Assembly (NCBI GenBank): GCA_037924335.1
Contig: JAXSMZ010000015.1
Span: forward strand, 1 to 33,807
DNA from: Aquificaceae bacterium
GTDB lineage: Bacteria; Aquificota; Aquificia; Aquificales; Aquificaceae
DNA length: 33,807 nt
Direction: 5' to 3'
In this document: positions 28,546 through 33,807 of the stretch, one piece after another
Layout of the letters: the number at the start of each line of letters is the position of its first letter
Numbering within the stretch: the stretch's first letter is position 1
Made by a program: the position numbers and the translations under genes
Notes under the pieces: generated by a model
The model's input: the letters and a program-made list of their open reading frames with translations, nothing else
Told to the model about the DNA's origin: nothing
Databases searched by the model: none

Positions 28546-29218
28546 ATCCATGAATGCAATCATAACGGGTGGTAGCAGAGGTATAGGCAGAGCTATGGTT
28601 GTCAAGCTTTTAAGCGATGGGCACAACGTTTGTACTTGCTCAAGGAGAGAAGAAGACCTGATGGTCTTGAAAGAGGAGCTAAAAAGTCCAAATTTGCATA
28701 CAAAGGCTTGTGATGTGGGAAACAGAAAACAGGCAAAAGAGTTCATGAGTTTCTGCGTAGAAAAGTTTGGTAGAATAGACGTTCTTATAAACAACGCAAG
28801 CATCTTGGGGGAGAGAAAAAGCATAGAAAATTATCCTGAGGATGTTTGGGAGGAGGTCATAAGGGTCAACGTGAACGGCACCTTTTACATAACCAAGTAT
28901 GCCCTGCCTTACATTCCCAAGGGAGGAGTTATAATAAACTTCTCCTCAGGTGTTGGGAAAGGACCAGCTCCTTACTGGGGAGCATACGCTGTGTCCAAGT
29001 TTGGAGTTGAGGGCTTTTCACTGCTCCTTGCAGAGGAACTCAAGGAAAGGAACATAAGAGTTTACGCTTTTAACCCAGGAGCTACAAGAACCCAGATGAG
29101 AGCCATGGCATACCCGCAGGAGGACCCGAGCAAGCTAAAACCACCTGAAAAGGTTGCCGAGTTCGTACTAAAACTCATAAGCTCCGATATTCCTTCTGGT
29201 TCGGTGGATTACTTTTGA
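28532..29218 (+). CDS. SDR oxidoreductase (YciK-like)
   Basis: TGGSRGIG, NNAS, WGAYAVSK, NPGATRTQMR. The start may be 28550. Confidence 0.88.
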   Translation: MSASKSMNAIITGGSRGIGRAMVVKLLSDGHNVCTCSRREEDLMVLKEELKSPNLHTKACDVGNRKQAKEFMSFCVEKFGRIDVLINNASILGERKSIENYPEDVWEEVIRVNVNGTFYITKYALPYIPKGGVIINFSSGVGKGPAPYWGAYAVSKFGVEGFSLLLAEELKERNIRVYAFNPGATRTQMRAMAYPQEDPSKLKPPEKVAEFVLKLISSDIPSGSVDYF

Positions 29219-29867
29219 GCAGAGCAAAACCAAAAAGCTGGGATAAAGAAGATATAACAAATGTGAGAATAAAGACAAAAACAGTAGCATCAAACCAAAA
29301 CTTCATAGGATATACCCTCAAGAGCATGTCCTCGTATCTAAAACGCCAAGAGTAGGGGTCAAACATGTAGTTGTGGAAGGTAGCGAAGAACCAATTGTAG
29401 TTTGTAAGGGAGATAACTATGAGCAGGGTACTCAAAAATTCGGCAAAGCTTCCAGAAAGTACAAGCGTCCATCCTATGCTCCTTGAGTTTCTTAAAGACA
29501 AAAGCAAGATAAACCAAAGAGGAGCCAAGATGTAAAGGGTTGGAAACAATACAGAGAGAAGCCTCTTCACATCTTCCATGTGCTTGATCTCCCTAGAGTT
29601 AAAATAGCCAGAAGCCTTGAACTCCTCCATACCTTTATCGGAGAGTACAGCCCTGAGCCCAAGTTTTGCAATCTCAAGTCTTATACTGTCGTCAAGTCCC
29701 CATCTGTCTTTTGGGAAGTCTTTCTTTAAGTACTCCCACTTTACAAAAGCTTCCGTAAAGCCAACCCTTACAGAGAACAGGAAGGCCAAGGCAGGGAAAA
29801 GGAGTATGAGAACTGTTTTTATCAGTATCCCCTCGTTTGAGTGTCTCCAGCGTGGCAGGCTATGCAT
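29175..29867 (-). CDS. DUF1461/TIGR01906 membrane protein, Lit (lipoprotein intramolecular transacylase)-like
   Basis: Four hydrophobic segments; EIKHMEDVK, FATFHNYMF, W-F and LLRVYP motifs. Start codon uncertain. Confidence 0.72.
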   Translation of the reverse strand: MHSLPRWRHSNEGILIKTVLILLFPALAFLFSVRVGFTEAFVKWEYLKKDFPKDRWGLDDSIRLEIAKLGLRAVLSDKGMEEFKASGYFNSREIKHMEDVKRLLSVLFPTLYILAPLWFILLLSLRNSRSIGWTLVLSGSFAEFLSTLLIVISLTNYNWFFATFHNYMFDPYSWRFRYEDMLLRVYPMKFWFDATVFVFILTFVISSLSQLFGFALLKSNPPNQKEYRSL

Positions 29868-30790
29868 GACTTTTGACCTTTTACAACCTTCACTAAACCA
29901 AAGCTCTCTGCTATCCTCTGATGCTTGGAGTGTATGATCTCAAGGGGCTTGAACTTTCTCATCTGAGGTACGTTTATGCCCTGATGACACTGATAGCAAG
30001 TGTACATAGCTTCTTTCCACAGTTTTTTTGCCTTCTCTCCATCCTTATCTTCAAGAGCTGCTGGAAGCTCTTTGTAAAGTATGTTATTTCTTAACCTTAC
30101 CACCTCCTTTAGCTTTTCATCCCACTGGGCAACCATTGGAGCTGCGAGGGACATATTTTTGCCGCAGGCAGAGATTCCAAGGGGACTACTGATGAGCCTC
30201 TTAGCAGCGTCAAACTCTCTTTCCTCTATGTATCCTCTCAGTGCTATAAAGGAGAAGAAAGTCCTATATGCACCAGCCTTAAAGTTGAGCCTCACATCAG
30301 CTAGGTACTTGGCAGATTTTATAACATCCTCTTTTGTTCTTCCTCCCACCAACATGATGTTTTTACCATCCTTTTGAATTACCTTTATGGTTGGCTTTTC
30401 AAAGGAAAGATCAAGCTCTTTTACTATGCTGTTGTTAACTCCAACCACTATGATGTTCTTGTATTCCGTATCTTTTAGCTTCTCATCGCTAACAAGAAGG
30501 GGTGGTATCTTGGATGCCTTCACATCTTCCACTCCAAAGCCTATGTCCTCTGCCCACTGTCCAAGGTAGAAGGCTATCTTTCCAGCTTGAGCCACAACAT
30601 CTTGGTCTTCGTTCTTTCCGTAAACTACCAAAACATTAGGTACTGCCACATCCTTAAGAGAAGCCGGCGTCCCACTCCAGACATCCCTATAGTCTATGTA
30701 AGGGAAGGTCCTATCAGAAAAATTAGGTTCTATTACAGGCTGGGCAAGGGAAGTCCCAAGCATGAGCAAAGCAGCAAGGTTTTTTTTCAT
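29822..30790 (-). CDS. Secreted diheme c-type cytochrome with an N-terminal S-layer-like alpha/beta domain
   Basis: Signal peptide MKKNLAALLMLGTSLA; CYQCH and CIACH; AGGAGGT SD 7 nt before the ATG at 30790. Confidence 0.75.
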   Translation of the reverse strand: MKKNLAALLMLGTSLAQPVIEPNFSDRTFPYIDYRDVWSGTPASLKDVAVPNVLVVYGKNEDQDVVAQAGKIAFYLGQWAEDIGFGVEDVKASKIPPLLVSDEKLKDTEYKNIIVVGVNNSIVKELDLSFEKPTIKVIQKDGKNIMLVGGRTKEDVIKSAKYLADVRLNFKAGAYRTFFSFIALRGYIEEREFDAAKRLISSPLGISACGKNMSLAAPMVAQWDEKLKEVVRLRNNILYKELPAALEDKDGEKAKKLWKEAMYTCYQCHQGINVPQMRKFKPLEIIHSKHQRIAESFGLVKVVKGQKSCIACHAGDTQTRGY

Positions 30791-30792
30791 TC

Positions 30793-32064
30793 TCACCACC
30801 TCCTACTAGGTTTTGTTGAAGATCCTTGAAATATATGTTCGTATCCTTCTCTTTCCCTTATCACTCTGTAGGTTCCTTTCTCCACGAGAACTTCGCAGGC
30901 TTTGGGTCTGGCGTTGTAGTTAGAAGACATAGCAAAGCCGTAAGCTCCAGCCGAAAGAACTGCCAAGTAATCCCCCCTTTCTACCTTTTGAACATCCCTG
31001 TCGAGGGCTAAGAAGTCTCCAGTCTCGCATATAGGACCAACTATATCAGACTTTACATAACCTACATCTCTCTTTATTACTGGTACTATGTGGTGGTAAG
31101 CCTCGTACATGGCTGGTCTTACAAGGTCGTTCATTCCTGCGTCCACTATTATAAAGTGCTTGTGTCCTTTGTCTTTTAGAAACTGTACCTGGGTTATTAA
31201 AACTCCTGCGTTCCCAACGATGGACCTTCCAGGCTCCAAGATGAGCTGAGCTTCCGCACCTTTTAGCTGGGGTATTATTGCTTCAGCTAAATCTGATGGC
31301 TCTGGGTTTGCTTGATCTGGCCTGTATTTGATCCCAAGCCCCCCTCCAAGGTCTATGTACCTTACGTCAAAGCCAAGTTTTAACAGACCTTGGTAAAGGT
31401 CTAAAACTTTCTGTGTAGCCTCTACGTAAGGAGACACGTCAAGTATCTGAGATCCTATATGACAGTGTATTCCCACAACCTCAAGACCCTTCAGTTTCCT
31501 TGCATACTCATACTCTTCCCTTGCATGTTTTATATCTATGCCAAACTTGCTCTTCTTCATACCAGTTGATATGTAAGGGTGCGTTTTTGGGTCTACGTCT
31601 GGATTTACCCTTATGGACACCCTCACCTTCTTTCTGAGTCTCTGTGAAAGATCGCTTAGAACCTCAAGCTCCATCCTGGACTCTGCGTTGAACATAAGTA
31701 TGTCCGCATTTATACCGTACTCAAGCTCCTTTACAGTCTTGCCAACCCCAGCGTAGACTATCTTAGAAGGTTCAACTCCTGCAAGCAATGAAGCGTAAAG
31801 CTCCCCTCCAGAGACTATGTCAGCACCCGCACCCTCATCCTTGACTAACTTTATGACATCTGGGTTGAAGTTTGCCTTGACTGCGTAGCATATTATAGCA
31901 CTTGGGAAAGCTTCTTTGTAAGCTCTTATCCTATCCCTTATGTGAGAAACACTGTACACGTAAAGTGGGGTTCCAAGCTCTTGGACAAGCTCCATGAGAG
32001 AGACTCCATCCAAATAAAGTTCATCTCCTTTGTACTCAAGGTAAGGATTGTACTCTTTCAGCAT
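30793..32064 (-). CDS. lysA: Diaminopimelate decarboxylase
   Basis: YAVKAN, SKFG, HCHIGSQ, LGGG, EPGR, GPICETGD, GAYG. Confidence 0.96.
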   Translation of the reverse strand: MLKEYNPYLEYKGDELYLDGVSLMELVQELGTPLYVYSVSHIRDRIRAYKEAFPSAIICYAVKANFNPDVIKLVKDEGAGADIVSGGELYASLLAGVEPSKIVYAGVGKTVKELEYGINADILMFNAESRMELEVLSDLSQRLRKKVRVSIRVNPDVDPKTHPYISTGMKKSKFGIDIKHAREEYEYARKLKGLEVVGIHCHIGSQILDVSPYVEATQKVLDLYQGLLKLGFDVRYIDLGGGLGIKYRPDQANPEPSDLAEAIIPQLKGAEAQLILEPGRSIVGNAGVLITQVQFLKDKGHKHFIIVDAGMNDLVRPAMYEAYHHIVPVIKRDVGYVKSDIVGPICETGDFLALDRDVQKVERGDYLAVLSAGAYGFAMSSNYNARPKACEVLVEKGTYRVIREREGYEHIFQGSSTKPSRRW

Positions 32065-32066
32065 TT

Positions 32067-32573
32067 CTACCTCCTACCATCAAAGGATAAGTATTTTATC
32101 AGATAGTCCCACATGGAAGCATAGGCTAGAAATAGGGCTGTCCAAAGCGCCCAAAGACCAAGGGAATATTCAAGGGATAGCAAAAGAAGGCTTGTAAACT
32201 CAAAGAAGGCTTTAGCCTTTCCAAGGTATGATGCACTCATCACGTAACCTTTCTGAAGGGCAAGACTCCTTAGGAAGGATATGGAAAGCTCTCTGATAAG
32301 GAAAAGGGTGTACATGTAAGGGTTTACCCTCTGGATGTAAACAAAAACCGCAAGGAGAGAGAGAAAGAAGACCTTATCCACCAAAGGGTCCAAGAGAGCT
32401 CCCCATGTGCTTTCCTCTTTGTTCTTCCTTGCAAGGCTTCCGTCAAAGAAGTCAGAGAGAGCTCCAGCTCCTATCAAAAGGACTGATATGGCTTTCTGTT
32501 CTGACATCAAGGCGTACATGGCAGGAAAGACGAGCAAAAATCTAAGGAGCGTTATGAAGTTTGCCAATCTCAT
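32067..32573 (-). CDS. pgsA: CDP-alcohol phosphatidyltransferase (PgsA-like)
   Basis: NFITLLR, DFFDGSLAR...GALLDPLVDK, IRE, LGKAK. Confidence 0.8.
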   Translation of the reverse strand: MRLANFITLLRFLLVFPAMYALMSEQKAISVLLIGAGALSDFFDGSLARKNKEESTWGALLDPLVDKVFFLSLLAVFVYIQRVNPYMYTLFLIRELSISFLRSLALQKGYVMSASYLGKAKAFFEFTSLLLLSLEYSLGLWALWTALFLAYASMWDYLIKYLSFDGRR

Positions 32574-33288
32574 CTCCTTCCAGCTCTTTTATGAACTGAT
32601 AGGCAAGCCTTCCAGAAAAGCCGCCCCTATACCTTGCCCACTCTAAGGACATCTCCTCCATCCTCTCCACCTTTATACTCTTTAGCTCTGCGTAGTGTCT
32701 GACGATCCTTAAGTACTCATCCTTTCCAAAGGTGAAAAAGCCAAGACGCAGACCGAACCTCTCAAGAAGAGAAAGAACATAAGCCCGAGACTCCTCTGGG
32801 AACTTCTCGTCCACAGTATGCCCAAGCCCTAACTTCCTTGAGTTGGATGTAGCGTATATGACCGTGTTCTTTGGCCTTTCTTCCACATCGCCATCCATCA
32901 AAGATTTAAGAATGTTTATCCTTTCATCCCCTTCCTCAAAGGAAAGGTCATCGAAGAAGAGTATAAACTTCTCCTCTGCTCCTCTCAGAAGTTCATAGAG
33001 GTCTGATATATGCTCTATATCCATCTTATAGACTTGTATGAGCCTAAGTCCTTCCTTTCCAAAGAGCCCAAGCATTGATTTTACGAGGGAAGATTTACCC
33101 GTTCCCCTGTCCCCCCAAAGCAAAACATCGTGAGCTGGCAGGCTTTTCACAAGCTTTTCCGTATTTCTCCTTAGGACCTCCTTCTGCTTTTCTATGCAGA
33201 TGAGAGCATCAAAGCTTGGGATGTGAGGGTGTTTTACAGGTTGCAGACTTCCTTCCTTAAAACGAAAAGCGACGTATTCCTCAAACAT
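32542..33288 (-). CDS. DUF815-family AAA+ ATPase
   Basis: LLWGDRGTGKSS, FFDDLSF, YATSN, FSGRLAYQF. Confidence 0.85.
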   Translation of the reverse strand: MFEEYVAFRFKEGSLQPVKHPHIPSFDALICIEKQKEVLRRNTEKLVKSLPAHDVLLWGDRGTGKSSLVKSMLGLFGKEGLRLIQVYKMDIEHISDLYELLRGAEEKFILFFDDLSFEEGDERINILKSLMDGDVEERPKNTVIYATSNSRKLGLGHTVDEKFPEESRAYVLSLLERFGLRLGFFTFGKDEYLRIVRHYAELKSIKVERMEEMSLEWARYRGGFSGRLAYQFIKELEGDEIGKLHNAP

Positions 33289-33304
33289 TATTATACAAGT
33301 CCAA

Positions 33305-33706
33305 TTATAAAGCTACCTTACTATTATAAAAAACTCCGTATTTTTTATCCACACTACCTACATGACCATAGAGCCAGCCAGTTAGTAAAGAAAGAGCTTG
33401 TCTCATGCTCTTTTTGTCTGATAGGTTCTTGGCTACATCTGTAAAGAGGTTTAAAACCCAATCGTGATGCTTTCTATGTGTTTCATAATCTGGATAATCT
33501 ATTGACAACATAAAGTTTTCTTCGTTTGCCAAGTGATGCTTTACAAAAGGCAAAAGGGTTTCTTTGTAAGACTCGATGACTTCCTCTACTTTGTTTTCAG
33601 AAAGTAAATCTGCTATGTGGTTTATGTAGTCTGCTATGCGCATATGCTGTTTATCCATTTCTTCAACACCTGTCAGTAGGTCTGGGGTTATTTGTATAAA
33701 CTTCAT
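33305..33706 (-). CDS. Bacteriohemerythrin (single domain)
   Basis: GVEEMDKQH, HLANEE, HRKHH and WL-xH-xxxxD di-iron ligand pattern. Confidence 0.9.
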   Translation of the reverse strand: MKFIQITPDLLTGVEEMDKQHMRIADYINHIADLLSENKVEEVIESYKETLLPFVKHHLANEENFMLSIDYPDYETHRKHHDWVLNLFTDVAKNLSDKKSMRQALSLLTGWLYGHVGSVDKKYGVFYNSKVAL

Positions 33707-33760
33707 GATTATAGTTCCTCATCCCATAGAAAAATATTCCACAGAATGAGGTTTAGCAGG

Positions 33761-33807
33761 CAAGGGGACTATAAGCTCCCTTGTGAACCGCGCACCTACG
33801 CGGTTCA
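33761..33807. repeat. Two abutting inverted repeats (hairpins)
   Basis: CAAGGG...CCCTTG (33761-33783) and a perfect 9-bp TGAACCGCG/CGCGGTTCA repeat with a 6-nt loop (33784-33807). Confidence 0.7.

Noticed and set aside
33761..33807. Rho-independent terminator, tRNA or group II intron domain V
   Set aside because: No adjacent U-tract in the window, no cloverleaf, and no convincing domain V consensus in the visible part.

Overview
Gene-dense chromosomal segment from a thermophilic Aquificaceae bacterium (Hydrogenobacter-like; inferred from the tandem ferredoxins next to sucCD, the gene content and the many overlapping genes). Left to right: a start-less ORF remnant; sucC-sucD and two [4Fe-4S] ferredoxins; an 8-gene minus-strand copper/silver export operon (CusC-like, YtkA-domain CusB-like, a ~30% Met periplasmic protein, a damaged DUF2231-like gene, NosL-like, an unannotated 37-aa membrane peptide, CopB-type P1B ATPase, CusA); murB-ddl-ftsQ-ftsA-ftsZ; a small lipoprotein with rpe; lptD; corA, ROK kinase, ilvC, CDP-alcohol phosphotransferase and RibD-C reductase; a P2-type ATPase; epimerase and SDR; and a minus-strand run of hemerythrin, DUF815 ATPase, pgsA-like, lysA, a secreted diheme cytochrome c with an S-layer-like domain, and a Lit/DUF1461-like membrane protein. 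I found no rRNA, tRNA, transposase or CRISPR array. The best candidates for an undescribed system are (1) the CusF-less copper operon with several alternative Met/His/Cys copper-handling proteins and (2) the S-layer-like diheme cytochrome paired with the Lit-like gene. All family calls come from motif recognition by eye; no searches were run.
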